Source: an uncultured delta proteobacterium (GTDB lineage: Bacteria > Myxococcota > Myxococcia > Myxococcales > Myxococcaceae). Taken from it: a DNA stretch of 64,000 nucleotides. Shown here piece after piece: positions 9,916 to 22,770 of the stretch. The translations under genes and the position numbers were made by a program. Every line of letters starts with the position of its first letter. Positions within the stretch are counted from its first letter, which is position 1. The notes beneath the pieces are model-generated. The model did no database searches. It was not told the origin of the DNA and saw nothing but the letters and a program-made list of their open reading frames with translations. The DNA is taken from the NCBI GenBank assembly GCA_963796055.1, contig CAWCKH010000004.1, forward strand, positions 928,001 to 992,000. The letters run 5' to 3'.

Positions 9916-10897
9916 TCACTGGGAGCCCGGAGGACGTCCACCGGTCAGAAGACGCCGGAGACGCTCCGCTCCACGAGTTTCACGCATTCTGCCCAGCTGG
10001 GCCAGTGGCGAGACGACCAGCCCATCGAGAAGTGCACGGCTCGCCGGGCGCAGGTCTTGCGCGAGCGAGCTGACGGCCGAGGCGGTCTCGGGGAAGAGCG
10101 CGGCCACGATGCGGGTCGACGCGTACAGGGCACGCTCGGATCCGCCAGCGCTCGGCCCGCGCGCGGACTTGAGCCAGATCGAGAGGGTGCGAGTAGGCGC
10201 CCTGCATCGAGGGAGCGCCGAGGAGCAGCTCGCGGAGGTCGACGAAGGTGATCGTCGGGACGGAGTACCCCGCGTGGGCCTGCTCGAGGATGGAGGCCAG
10301 CAGTGCGTCTTCGGCAGCCAGGCGGAAGAAGGACGGACCGAATGCGCGGACCGGAAGGGCGCGGTCGAGGAGCGCCCGGTCCTCGTCCTCGAATCCGGGG
10401 CCGAGCAGTCCCCCGTGAAGGGTGATCTGCGTCCGGCCATCCGAGAGCACCCGCACGCGTGGATGCGAGGCGACGGGCTTGAACTCGGACTGACCCAGGA
10501 ACCCGGCGAGGCCGTCCAGGTCCGCGGCGGGAAGGAGCAGGTCCAGGTCGAGCACCGGCCTGAACGCGACGTGCGGATACAGCGACTCGGCGTAGCTGGC
10601 AGCACCGAGCAGGACGATGCGGCGACCCTCGAGCTCGTCGACGGCGCGCTTGAAGTTCACCAGCTTCATCACGTTGTCGTTGAGCGAGCCCTGGTAGACG
10701 GAGAGGAGCCGGTCCCGGGCCCACTCGGGCGCCCCGCCGCCCCCGAGCCGGTACTCGAGGTTGTACGCGGCGAGCGGCGCGAGCCCCTGGGCGATGGCCC
10801 AGTCGACGTAGTCCTCCCAGGGCGCACCGCGGAGAGAGGTGCGCGGCGGCGAGAAGGACGCGAGGACCCGGAAGGTGTCGAGGAGGGACGGCGCCAT
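9916..10897 (-). CDS. Uncharacterised nucleotidyltransferase family protein (NTP_transf_5-like; frameshift near 10135)
   Basis: VLLGAASYAESLYPHVAFRPVLDLDLLL resembles the LKG..LY...R...DxD pattern of this family. Confidence 0.65.
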
Positions 10898-10921
10898 GCC
10901 CGGCCGCCCTTACCAGTTGCG

Positions 10922-12419
10922 CTACTTGCGAAGGGAACGACCTTCGCGCCCTCGACCACGGGCGGGATGCTGATCCGGACGATGGTCGCGGTGACCGCCT
11001 GGGCGACCTGCTCGAGGGCGAGCTCGTCGTCTCGATCGACCTCGAGGCGCCCGTCGCGCCAGGTGGCATGGAGGATCCCGAGGGACTCTCCGTCCACGCG
11101 GCCCAGCTCGACGGAGAGGTCCACGGGAGGAGCGCTCCCTTCGACCCTCTCGAGCTCGTAGTGAAGCCCCTCGCGCTCGCCGTGGTCGTCCTCTTGGGCA
11201 CGTGGAACCGGAACTCCAGCCGGGCGGCGTTCAGCTCCGCGGCGAGTGGCCGGAGCGCATTCCAGACCTCGGTGAGGCTCGTGGAAGCCTCGACGGCGTC
11301 CACCGTCTTTCGCACGACCTGCCGGAGCTGGAGGTTTCGCCGGCGGGTGGCGTTCGCGGCCTGGGCGCTCTTGGGATCGAAGTACCCGAGCCTCCGGACG
11401 AGCACGACGACGACGATGCTGATGGCCGCCAGCAGGAGCGCGCTCTGGACGCTGTTCGCGGAGGCGCAGCCCGAGCGCGGTCGCGCCGAAGAGGATGCTC
11501 AGCCCGTACAGGGCCAGCACCGCGTCCCGTTGGCTCAGGTTCAACCGGGACATCATCCGGTGGTGGATGTGGTCCCGATCGGCGTCGAACATGCGGCGGC
11601 CGAGGAACGCGCGCCGGAACATCGCCAGGAGCGTGTCCGTGATCGGCAGACCGAGCGCGATCACCGGAACGACCATCGCCACCGCCGTCCCCGACTTCGT
11701 CGACGTCTTGATGCTGACGATGGCGAGGACGAACCCGAGGAACATGCTCCCCGTGTCGCCCATGAAGATGGTCGCGGGGTTGAAGTTGAAGACGAGGAAG
11801 CCGAGCACGGCGCCGGCCAGCGCCGCCATGCACAGCGCCATCAGCACGTCGCCGCGCGCCAGCGCGAGGACCAGGTTCGTGCCTGCGGCGAAGAAGGCGA
11901 CTCCGCCAGCGAGGCCGTCGAGCCCGTCGATGAGGTTGACCGCGTTCACCACGCCGACGATCCACAGGAGCGTGAACGGCAGCGACAGCATCCCGAGTGG
12001 GATCGGCGGGCCGAAGGGCCAGGTGATGCTCTCGATCCGCAGGCCCACGCCCCACATGGCCAGCGCCACGGCGAACTGGACCGTGAACTTCAGCCGCGCG
12101 CCGCACCCACGGAAGTCGTCGTAGATTCCGAGCAGCGCGATCGCGCTCCCGCCCAGGAAGAGGGAGAGAACGAGGTCGCGGCTGGCGAGGAACTGACGGC
12201 CAACGCCCGAGTCGACGACCAGCAACGCCGTCAAGGGCGTGAAGAACGCAACGACGATCGCGATCCCGCCGAGGCGCGGAACCGGTCGGACGTGGACCTT
12301 GCGCGTCGACCTCGCCTGGTCGAACCAGCCGAGCTGCGACGGCCTGGTTCCGTCACCAGCGGCGTGAGCACGGCACCGACCATCAACGCAACGAGAAAGG
12401 CGACGGCGTACGTGACCAT
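10922..12419 (-). CDS. WecA/MraY-family polyprenyl-phosphate HexNAc-1-P transferase with C-terminal extension (several frameshifts)
   Basis: RKVHVRPVPRLGG, GIYDD, NAVNLIDGLDGLA, FNFNPATIFMGDTGS and DRDHIHH. The stop is inferred (PFRK* after a 1-nt correction). Confidence 0.88.
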
Positions 12420-12505
12420 GCAGCGGGCGCGGAGTCTGGCATGATGCGTCGTACGACCGGAAGCCGGGCTGATCGAACGATCCGAGTCGAAAATTCCGGA
12501 CGCTC

Positions 12506-13614
12506 GTGACGGGCACCCCCCAGTGGCACTTCCTCACTCCCGAGTACCCACCGGATCCGGGTGGTGTCGCGGACTACACCCGCCTTCTGGCCAATGCGCT
12601 CGCGTCCGGGGGAGGCGTGCACGTGTGGGCACCGTCCACGCGAGCGGGACGACCTCGAAGGACCAGGCGTCACGGTTCATCGGATTCCAGGGCTTGGGCA
12701 GCGGGTCTGGGGCAGCTGGACGAAGGGCTGCGGCGCTGCCCGGGCCGCGTCGGCTGTTCGTCCAGTACGTCCCGACCGCTTTTGGCTTCCGGGGGATGAA
12801 CGTCCCGCTGGTCCGCTGGCTTGTGCGCGCGTCCCGAGGAGGTCTGGGTTCAGTTCCACGAGGTGGCACTCGGGTGGCAGCTCTGGCGAAAGCCGCACCA
12901 TCACCTGATCCACGCGGTGCAGCTCTGGATGGCCTCGGCGCTGGCGCGGAGGGCGGACCGGCTCTTCGTCTCGATCGAGGGATGGCTCCCCGGCTGGGTC
13001 GGGAGGCCAGGCGGGCGGTCTGGCTTCCCATCCCGAGCAACATCCCGGTCGTCGGTCGGAGCCGTCGGAGCTGGAGGCCCGCGCGCCGTAGCTCGGACCG
13101 GGACCCTGGGTCGCGCACTTCGGCACGTACGGCCCCGGCGATCACGCGGGATCTCGTGCCGGCGCTCGAGTGATTGCCCGGCACGGCTCCGACGGCTCGG
13201 TTCCTTCTACTCGGCCGCGGAGCGAGAACGGTCGCGCCGCGGTTGCCCAGGGATCGGGTCCTCGCGCCTGGTGAGCTGTCCGGCGGATGCGGTCGCCGCC
13301 CGGCTCGAGCGTCGCCGACGCTGGCGCTCCAGCCCTTCCCGGACGGGATCAGCGCGCGCCGGACCAGCGCGATGGCTGCCCTGGCCCTCGGGGTCCCCGT
13401 CGTCACCACCCGGGCATCTGACCGATTCGGTCTGGCGACGAGGCGCGTCGCGCTCGCTCCTGCGGCGATCCCGAGGAGCTCGCGCGGCGTCTGCCTGGAG
13501 CTTCTGGCGGACCCGCAGCGGCGCGAGGCGCTCGGGAAGCGCGGTGGCCGCGCTCTACGCCGGGCTTCTCGCTCGAACGGACACTGGAGACCTTGCTCGC
13601 GGCGCGGGTGCTAG
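12506..13614 (+). CDS. Glycosyltransferase (GT-B/GT4-like; multiple frameshifts)
   Basis: [28 protein letters not shown] and [24 protein letters not shown] across frames. Confidence 0.75.
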
Positions 13615-13631
13615 AGCTCGCTCGGACTCTC

Positions 13632-14603
<972 letters not shown>

Positions 14604-14607
<4 letters not shown>

Positions 14608-15502
14608 AGGTCCTGGTGACCGGCGCCGACGGCTTCGTCGGCACGCACCTGGTCCGGGCGCTGCGGGCGCGGGGGGACGAGGTCGAGGCCTGCGGCGGAC
14701 CGGGGGGCCGGGCGGGCTGGAGATCACCGATGCGCCGGCCGTGGCCCACCGGATCGAGCGGTTCGGCCCGGAGGGAGTCATCCACCTCGCGGGGATCAGC
14801 TCGGTCGCACGGAGCCACTCCGAACCAGCGGAGACGGCGGCAGTGAACGTCGCGGGAGCGGCAAACCTGCTCCAGGCAGTCCGCGACCACGCGCCGCGGG
14901 CGCGAGTCCTGCTGGTCGGTTCCGGCGAGGAGTATGGACGGCTCGAGCCCGATCGGCCCGCGGACGAGCGGAGTCCACTTGCTCCGGTGAGCCCCTATGC
15001 AGCGAGCAAGGTCGCGGCAGAGATCCTCGGCCGCCAGGCATTCGCTTCTTACGGAACCGCGGTGGTGCTCCTCCGCCCCTTCAACCACCTCGGAGCGGGA
15101 CAGGCGCCGGGGTTCGTCGTTCCCTCGTTCGCCGCGCAGCTGGTGAAGATCTCCCGGGGCCAGGCGTCGGCAACCATCGAGGTCGGTGACCTTTCCCCGG
15201 TCCGCGACTTCACCCACGTGCTCGACGTGGTCGACGCGTATCTCCTGTTGCTGGCGCACGGGGAGCCGGGCGAGGCCTATAACATCTGCTCGGGGGAGGG
15301 CTGGAGCATTCGCCAGGTGCTCGACGCGCTCCAGGCGCTGGCCAATACCCAGGCCGAGATCCGGGTGGACCCTGCCCGGCTTCGGCCGGCGGAGATCCCG
15401 TGGCTCGTCGGAAATCCCGCTCGGATCGAGCAGCTCGGGTGGAAGCGCCGGCGTTCGGTGGACCAGGCACTCGGGGAGGTGCTGGCAGAGGCTCGGGCGT
15501 GA
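14604..15502 (+). CDS. rmd: GDP-4-keto-6-deoxy-D-mannose reductase (Rmd-like extended SDR; frameshift near 14710)
   Basis: [33 protein letters not shown] and GDLSPVRDF. Overlaps the gmd stop (GTGA). Confidence 0.72.
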
Positions 15503-16620
15503 AGCGCCGGCTGCGGCTGGCGGTCATCTGCGACGCGGTCGAAGAGGGCTGGCGCAGCATGGACTACGTCGCCGAGATGCTGGTGAAGCACCTCCAGGAG
15601 GAGCACGCCGAGACATTCGAGACGGTGGCGATCACCCCTCGGTTCTTTCGGGGGTTCGAGCGACTCGGGCCGGGGAAGCGTGCCTACAATGCCGACCGCG
15701 CGGTGACCCGGTTCCTCAGTTACCCGGTCGCTCTCCTCCCCCGGCGGTGCGATTTCGATCTCTTTCACATCGCTGATCACTCATACGCCCACCTGGCTCG
15801 CGTCCTCCCGCGGGGGGGTACGGGCGTTTTCTGCCACGACCTCGACGCTTTCGAGCCTGCGCTTCCTCCCGACGGCGCCTCGACGCCGAGCTGGCGGCGG
15901 GCGCTGGCACGCTTCCAGCTCGGGGGACTGCAGCGCGCGGCGGTGGTGTTCCACAGCACCCAGGGTGTCCGGGACAGGATTCTCGACCACGGCCTGATCG
16001 ACGGCAGCCGCCTCGTGGAAGCACCGTATGGCGTTGCCGAAGAGTTCTGGAATCCAGCGGCGCTCCCATTGCCCTTGGGCGTGACGCCTCCCTTCCTCCT
16101 GCAGGTCGGGGCAAACTTCCCGAGAAAGAGGCTCGACGTCCTCTTTCGGGTCTTCGCCGAGGTGCAGCAGACGCTGCCCAACCTTCAGCTGGTACAGCAG
16201 GGGGCAAGCCTGGACGCAGTGCAACAGGACCTGGTTAAAAGCCTGGGGATCGGCAGGTCCCTCGTGCAGCCTGCGCCGCTCTCACGAGCGGACCTCGCCA
16301 CCTTGTACGCGCGCGCCGAGCTGGTTCTCGTCCCCAGCGACAGTGAAGGGTTCGGACTTCCGGTGCTCGAGGCGCTGGCAGCCGGGGCGTCGGTTGTTGC
16401 GAGTGACATCCCCCCGCTCCGGGAGGTCGGCGGCAGCGCCGTAACCTTCTGTCCTGTCGCCAACGTCGAGGACTGGGTCGGTACGGTGTCGCGCCTGTTG
16501 CACAGGCCAGAGACCAACCCACCCCTGGAAGCACGACGTGAGCAGGCGCGCCGCTTCACTTGGCGCGCCCATGCGGAGACTATCGCGGGCAGCTATCGGC
16601 GTCTGGCCGTGGCCGCGTGA
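15499..16620 (+). CDS. Glycosyltransferase family 4
   Basis: VGANFPRKRL and PSDSEGFGLPVLEALAAG. Confidence 0.88.
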   Translation: MKRRLRLAVICDAVEEGWRSMDYVAEMLVKHLQEEHAETFETVAITPRFFRGFERLGPGKRAYNADRAVTRFLSYPVALLPRRCDFDLFHIADHSYAHLARVLPRGGTGVFCHDLDAFEPALPPDGASTPSWRRALARFQLGGLQRAAVVFHSTQGVRDRILDHGLIDGSRLVEAPYGVAEEFWNPAALPLPLGVTPPFLLQVGANFPRKRLDVLFRVFAEVQQTLPNLQLVQQGASLDAVQQDLVKSLGIGRSLVQPAPLSRADLATLYARAELVLVPSDSEGFGLPVLEALAAGASVVASDIPPLREVGGSAVTFCPVANVEDWVGTVSRLLHRPETNPPLEARREQARRFTWRAHAETIAGSYRRLAVAA

Positions 16621-17800
16621 AAGTCCTATTCGTCAATCCAATTGGCGAGCTTGGAGGGGCAGAACGCGCCCTGCTCGACCTTCTCGCGTCCCTGAACGAC
16701 TCGGTCCCGGACGTGCGGGCATCCGTGCTCACCTTCGAACCCGGCCCGTTGCTGGACGAAGCTACCGCGCTTGGAGCCACAGCATCGGTGCTCTCACTTC
16801 CGCCCTCAATCGGCAGGCTGGGCGATAGCGGCGGCGTCGACCTGCTCCGCTTCCTGCCGGCCGTCGGCAGAGGAATGGCGTGGCTACCGACACTTCGTCA
16901 ACGGCTGGCGGCCGAACAGGCGGATGTCATTCACACCAACGGTTTCAAGGCGCATGTCCTGGTGGCGATGGCCCGTCCGCTCCGGACCCCGTGGTCTGGC
17001 ACCTGCACGACTTTGTCTCCTCGCGGCCGTTGATGCGCCGGCTGTTACCCGTGCTACGCAATCGGGCCGCTGTCGCAATTAGTGTATCCGACGCCGTGGG
17101 CAGCGACGCCAGGGCTATTCTTCAACCGTTGCCGGTGGTGACAGTGCTCAATGGAGTTCGGACCACTGCCTTCAGTAGGCCCCACCGGGCCGCAGACCTT
17201 GATGCTCTCGCTCAGCTCCAGCCCGCTCCACCGGGCACGGTGCGAGTCGGCCTTATCGCAACGCTCGCCACCTGGAAAGGTCATACGCTCTTCCTCGAAG
17301 CAGCGCGTCGCCTTAGAGACCATCCCGCCCGATTCTATATTGTGGGTGGAGGGTTGTATTTGACAGCAAAGAGTCAGCGAACGGCACAGGATCTCCAACG
17401 ACTGATTGAACGGCTCGGCCTCAGCGATCGAGCAGGACTTGTGCGGTTTCAGAGAGATATCGCTCCGATAGTTGGGGCACTGGATATCGTTGTCCATGCA
17501 AGCACGAGCCCTGAGCCTTTTGGGCGGGTCGTAGCGGAGGGGATGAGCGCCGGGCGCGCTGTGGTCGCTGCGGCTTCGGGCGGCATTCTCGAACAGATCG
17601 AAGACAGCAAGACGGGGCTCCTCTTCCCGATGGGGGATGTGTCTGCGATGACCGCGCAGATCACCCGTCTTCTCCAGTCCGCGGACCTGCGAGCTCGCCT
17701 TGGCCGGGCTGCCGCGAGCTACGCGAGCGTTCGTCTCGACTCGCGTCGACTCGGCCCAGAAACGTATCGGATCTACAAGAGTGTTTGCGCCACTCCTTAA
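16617..17800 (+). CDS. Glycosyltransferase family 4 (frameshift near 16985)
   Basis: LGGAERAL, WHLHD, WKGH and PEPFGRVVAEGMSAG. Confidence 0.88.
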
Positions 17801-17867
17801 GTAGCGGCCCGGCTCTCACCGACCGATCACTGACGCGCGGGCGCGCCTCTCTCGCGGACCTCCGACT

Positions 17868-18581
17868 CTAGCCGCGAGGTTTGATCGCAACGACCAGAGA
17901 ATGCACCGCCGTCCATTTTGTAAGCCATCTGGCGCGATCGAGAACATCAATTCGACGAGGTGGTCTGCGCGGGATATAGGCATAGTGCCCAACTCCATCG
18001 ATCTCAGACACCTTGAGACCGGCCGCCGCGATCAACCAAGTCGTTAGCGGCGTCCACATCCATTGATTGATCGACTGGTTCTCTTCGGAATACGAACGCC
18101 CGGTCAGCGTCACATACATCCGATAGACACCCAGGGCTCCCAGGTAGTTGGGCGTTGTCACAAACAAGGTTCCACCTGGGGCCAGGACACGCGCGAGCTC
18201 CTGAATAGCGCGACGTGGCCGCGGAACGTGTTCGATCGTCTCGCAGGAGATGACCACGTCAAAACTAGAGTCTGGAAAATCAATTTTCTGAATGTCGTGC
18301 TGTTCCCATCGAATCGAGCCAATTCCTAGCTCGGCCGCGCGCCGACTTCCCATTGCCAGCGCCACAATCGAGAAATCGGCGGCAACTTGTAACGCCGGTC
18401 GTTTTGAAGCCAGGTGGATTGAAAACCCGCCTCGCCCGCATCCAATCTCTAGTACTCGAACTCCCGAGACTGGAGTTCCCTTGCCCTCGAGGCGAGCCAA
18501 CACCATACGGTGCCAAGGCGCGTCAATCCCGGAGTCGATTGAGCGGGCGCTGTGCCAAAGGTCGTAGTCAGAGGCCGTCAC
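17868..18581 (-). CDS. Class I SAM-dependent methyltransferase
   Basis: [22 protein letters not shown] and [13 protein letters not shown]. Confidence 0.88.
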   Translation of the reverse strand: MTASDYDLWHSARSIDSGIDAPWHRMVLARLEGKGTPVSGVRVLEIGCGRGGFSIHLASKRPALQVAADFSIVALAMGSRRAAELGIGSIRWEQHDIQKIDFPDSSFDVVISCETIEHVPRPRRAIQELARVLAPGGTLFVTTPNYLGALGVYRMYVTLTGRSYSEENQSINQWMWTPLTTWLIAAAGLKVSEIDGVGHYAYIPRRPPRRIDVLDRARWLTKWTAVHSLVVAIKPRG

Positions 18582-19695
18582 GCAACTCCACCCGCCCTTG
18601 CGAGCGCGGACTCTAGCCCGCTTGCCGCGCCCTCCCAAGTCAAAGAGCGCGCTCTCGCCCGACCCGCTTCGCCAAGACGGGCCGCGCGCTCCGGTGATCG
18701 CATGAGATCGATGAGCGCTCGACCGCCTTCGAATGGAGTCGAGGGATCAAAGAGAATACCATCCACGCCATCCGTCACGATGTCGACAATTCCACCCACG
18801 CGCGAAGCGACAACAGGAATGCCGGCCGACATGGCCTCAAGGAGCGCCAGTGGCGAGCCCTCGCTCAAAGATGGCATCAGAAACACCCCGTGCTCGGAAA
18901 AGAGCCTTGTCATCTCCATTGGTTGGTCAACGATCGGGATCACCTTGACAGCAGAGGCCGAGCTTTGCCGAACTGCTTCATGATCTCCGCTTCTGTCTTT
19001 CCGGTCCCCGCGAGCGTAAAGCGCACAGCAGGCATTGACTCCAGCACTTGGCGTACGAGATCAGGAAGCAGCCGACGACCTTTCACATCGAGCCACCCAC
19101 CGACGAAGAGCACCTTGAGCGGGTCACCCCGCAACTCGACCTTCACACTCTCGGCTCCATTGATGAGCCTGAAGACGTGATCGGTCTGAACACCGAGTCT
19201 GGTGACGACGTAGCGCAAATCAACAGTCGAGAGCACGACCACTGCGTCAGCGAGCCGGATAGCTCCATCAGACTGCCATCGACGAAGGAGGCCTCCCTTC
19301 AGCCAGGAGGCGAATCCTACCTCCGCCTGGCCGCGGCGAGCGGCGGCTCTCATATCCCGAAATGTTCGGCTCTCCACGTTGTGACACATGCACACAACGG
19401 CTGGAAACATGCGAGGGAGAACGCGCCGAAGGAGGGCGCACCAGAATCCAATAGGCTCATGCACGACGACGGCGTCGTAAGTCTGGGCGGTGCCCATCAA
19501 CTTGAAGGCTAGCGCTAGCGGGACAAGGAGTACCGATGCCCGCGGTCCTGAAACACCTGCGAGAGGAAAGCGGTCATTGAACCAGAGCTCAACCTGATGT
19601 CCGCGCGCTTCGAGGGCTGAACCCATTTCGTGAGTCCATCTCCCCATCCCTGTCGATGTTCGATTTTCTATGAATGAGATCAACGCGATGCGCAT
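18578..19695 (-). CDS. Glycosyltransferase family 4 (frameshift near 18960)
   Basis: [11 protein letters not shown] and [18 protein letters not shown]. Confidence 0.85.
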
Positions 19696-19696
19696 A

Positions 19697-20860
19697 CTAA
19701 CGACCCGCTTGTGTACTCGGTCCAGCAGCTGCACTTCTGAGTAGCTCCAGGAGGCTCTCGACGTGCCGCTCAACCTCGAACCTGGCAGATACCTCGCGCG
19801 CGCGCAGTCGCAATCCTGGATCAATTCGAAGGAGCGTGAGAGCGCGCATGATCCCGGCGGCAAATGCCTCCGCGGTCAGGCTCTTGGCGCTAACAACAAC
19901 TCCATTGACACCGTCCATCAACCACTCCGGGATCCCTCCGACGGCGAATGCCACGGACGGAACACCGAACCGCCCGGCCTCCAAGCCCACGAGCCCGAAT
20001 GGCTCGGGCCAAATGCTCGGAAGGAGAAGTAGCCGCGCGGATCGGAGCACGTTGTCGCGCTCGGCTGCCGTGACCCAGCCGCGGAGGGAATTGTCTTCTC
20101 CCAGCGTTGCCAGAGTGCGGTCCACCTGCAATCTCAGGCTTCCATCTCCGAGAAGGACCAAGGGGAGCGCCTGTCTGAGCTGCTGCCGCACGATCCGGAC
20201 CGACTCGAGCATCAGCTCGACACCTTTGGTCGCGGCAAGGCGACCGATGAAAAGCAACGGCCCTTCCACTCCGTCCGTGAGGGGCTCCGAGATAGGAGGA
20301 GCAACGAACAGCGGAAGGTGCTTCACGTTCCTAAGACCGTGACGCTCGAACTCGGCCCGCATGTGCTCTGAAGCTACGACGATCGCGCGATACCTACATA
20401 GAAGCGCCGCACGTCTGCGCTGCAGAGCGTAGGACCGGGCGAACTCCGCAGGACGCAGTGGACCGCATCCGCGGGACCAGTACAGCGGGACACACGGCCA
20501 CCCAAATATCCTTGAGCAGGTCGTGGCCGTCGGGAATCGGTGTCGCTTTTCGCCGCTAATGCAGGTGCCATAGTAGTTGTGAGCGAAAAGCATGCTTGCG
20601 AAGTTCGAAAGGAGCCACTCCTCAAGATCCGGACTCCGGAGTCCATTGACGAGCACTGCATCCGGAGCCCAGTCTTGCAGCTTCGACTCGTAGGCCGAAC
20701 CAGTCACGGTCCAGTTCTTGACCCCCTCCAGAGACGTCCCATCCTCTGCGAGAACTCTGATATCGTGCCCATGGGATTTTAGGGCTGGGACGAGTTCAGC
20801 CAGATATTGCTCCGCCCCTCCTTGAAGCAAGGCGCTATGAGTTGCGAGCAAGAGCTTCAT
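19697..20860 (-). CDS. Glycosyltransferase family 4
   Basis: GGAEQY, FIGRLAATKG and PSIWPEPFGLVGLEA. Confidence 0.9.
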   Translation of the reverse strand: MKLLLATHSALLQGGAEQYLAELVPALKSHGHDIRVLAEDGTSLEGVKNWTVTGSAYESKLQDWAPDAVLVNGLRSPDLEEWLLSNFASMLFAHNYYGTCISGEKRHRFPTATTCSRIFGWPCVPLYWSRGCGPLRPAEFARSYALQRRRAALLCRYRAIVVASEHMRAEFERHGLRNVKHLPLFVAPPISEPLTDGVEGPLLFIGRLAATKGVELMLESVRIVRQQLRQALPLVLLGDGSLRLQVDRTLATLGEDNSLRGWVTAAERDNVLRSARLLLLPSIWPEPFGLVGLEAGRFGVPSVAFAVGGIPEWLMDGVNGVVVSAKSLTAEAFAAGIMRALTLLRIDPGLRLRAREVSARFEVERHVESLLELLRSAAAGPSTQAGR

Positions 20861-20942
20861 TTCGGCAATAGATCCACTACGCCCCTGCTCAACGAACCAT
20901 GAGGAGAGGCCGTCAGCGACGGTCGATCCAGCGGGTACAACA

Positions 20943-21557
20943 TCAGGCCGGCCCGTGCTTGATGGCCTCGAGCTCGAAGTAGAGGAACCAAGCCGGAAAA
21001 GCCCAACACCAGCGATCCTCGTACTTCTCGGGCCAGCGATTCGCGAGCCGCGCGACCGCTCGGTTCAGCAGCGAAGGATGAAAAATTAGCTCCGCCCGAA
21101 TCCGACGAAACCTGGCCGAGGAGTAGTGAACGAGCGGGTGCCCCTCGACGAAGCAGTCGAGGGTGGCTTGCGCGAAACCGTGGCGATGGGTTGGATCACG
21201 CCACGTGTTCGCACATGAAAAGTGTGGAACGGTCAGCCTGACCTTGGCGCCTCGTCTGCTGATGCGATGCACCTCCTCCATGAATCCCACGACGCTCCCG
21301 ACGTGCTCCAGGACGTCGTAGCCGAGCACCTCATCGAAGGACGCGTCGGGGAACGGCCAGGGCAGTCTATCCAGGTCGTGCACGACGTCAGGCCGTGTGG
21401 CGGGACTGATGTCGAGATTGATCGCTCCCTCGACGGGTCGATGCCCACTGCCGAGGTTCACGATGCGGCGTTCCGAGAGTTCAGTCGGGCGTTGCGTCTG
21501 TCCGTCGGGCTCCGTCGAGCGACGTCCTTCGTTCTCTGAGCTCGCAACTTGCTTCAT
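20943..21557 (-). CDS. SAM-dependent methyltransferase (type 11-like)
   Basis: NLGSG, HDLDRLPWPFPDASFD, VLEH and DPTH. Confidence 0.85.
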   Translation of the reverse strand: MKQVASSENEGRRSTEPDGQTQRPTELSERRIVNLGSGHRPVEGAINLDISPATRPDVVHDLDRLPWPFPDASFDEVLGYDVLEHVGSVVGFMEEVHRISRRGAKVRLTVPHFSCANTWRDPTHRHGFAQATLDCFVEGHPLVHYSSARFRRIRAELIFHPSLLNRAVARLANRWPEKYEDRWCWAFPAWFLYFELEAIKHGPA

Positions 21558-21719
21558 GGCCTAGGCGTGATGCTATCACGTGCATTCATGTTTGAAGGAC
21601 GACGACCGTAGCTTCCTGGGACGTGCGTGATGCTTGCACCCTGGAGGTTGCGCCGCCAGAGTCAATTGGCGCGAGAGGTCTGCGGCCTCAAGCGTCTGCT
21701 AAGGTAGCCCTCGCCTCCA

Positions 21720-22624
21720 ATGCGGAATCTGGCCCTCCTCCTGACGGATCTCGGCGCTCGTGTGGCACTTGCGTTTGGCCCTGCCGAACGGCTGACTGCG
21801 GGCCGGCATCCGGAGGCCGAGACTACGAAGGCGCTTGAAACTTGGTGCGGTCGCGCTGGGGTACACCCGTGTCCTTCGGAGCCGTGCACTTCGCATCGCT
21901 CAGCTGGATGGGTATCGGTTCTGGGTCAACGTTGCAGAACCGCTCGGCATCGACCCCTACTTTTTTGGTCGGCCGGGAACGGCGTGGCTCGCTTCCGGCC
22001 TCGTTCGGCCGGGCGACGTCTGTGTCGACGTCGGAGCCAACGCCGGGCACTACACGTTCATGTGCGCACATGCTGTCGGCGAATCCGGAAGAGTCATCTC
22101 GCTCGAGCCGAACCCTGAATTCGCGTCACTTCTTCGAAGGTCCGTCAGCCTCAATGGCTATCAAAAGAGGGTCCGGGTCAAGCAGCTCGCCCTCGCAGCA
22201 ACGAGAGAGAACTCCGTGGTCTTTCACGTCTCGGATGCCCCTGGCAACACGGGGACGTCGTCGCTCGTGGAACACGGATGGTTCTCGGAGGGAGCTCACG
22301 CCATCGAGGTCGCGACGACCACTCTGGACGAGAATCTTCGCCGAAGCCAGCTGCGAGAGATTTCGCCTCGTGAAAATCGACGTGGAGCGGGCGGAAGACG
22401 CCGTGCTCTCCGGCGCAAAGGACGTCCTCGGTCGGCAGCTGGTTGACTATTTTATTGTCGAGCTGCGGACCGGGACGATAGCACATCGGCTCCTCGCGGA
22501 CGCCGGTTACGAGGGCTTCTTGCTAGACGAGGGAAAGCGGGTTGTCATCCCCGTGACGGATGTTCCGGACGGCTTCTTTGGAGATTATCTGTTCACACGG
22601 CCGGGACTAAGGGTCGCATCATGA
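21720..22624 (+). CDS. FkbM-family methyltransferase (frameshifts near 21830 and 22335)
   Basis: VRPGDVCVDVGANAGHY, LEPNP, VATTTLD and LVKIDVE. Confidence 0.85.
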
Positions 22625-22770
22625 CGCCACCGTCGCGGGGTCACGGCCGGCCGAGGCAGTCGAGCTCAGCCGGCCCGCATGCCGAGCAGTCTCCCCTGCG
22701 TGTCAGGGCCAGCGGCGCCGACGCGAAGTGTACTGGTCGCTCCCGACCAGGCTCGGTTACCTGCTCTAGC

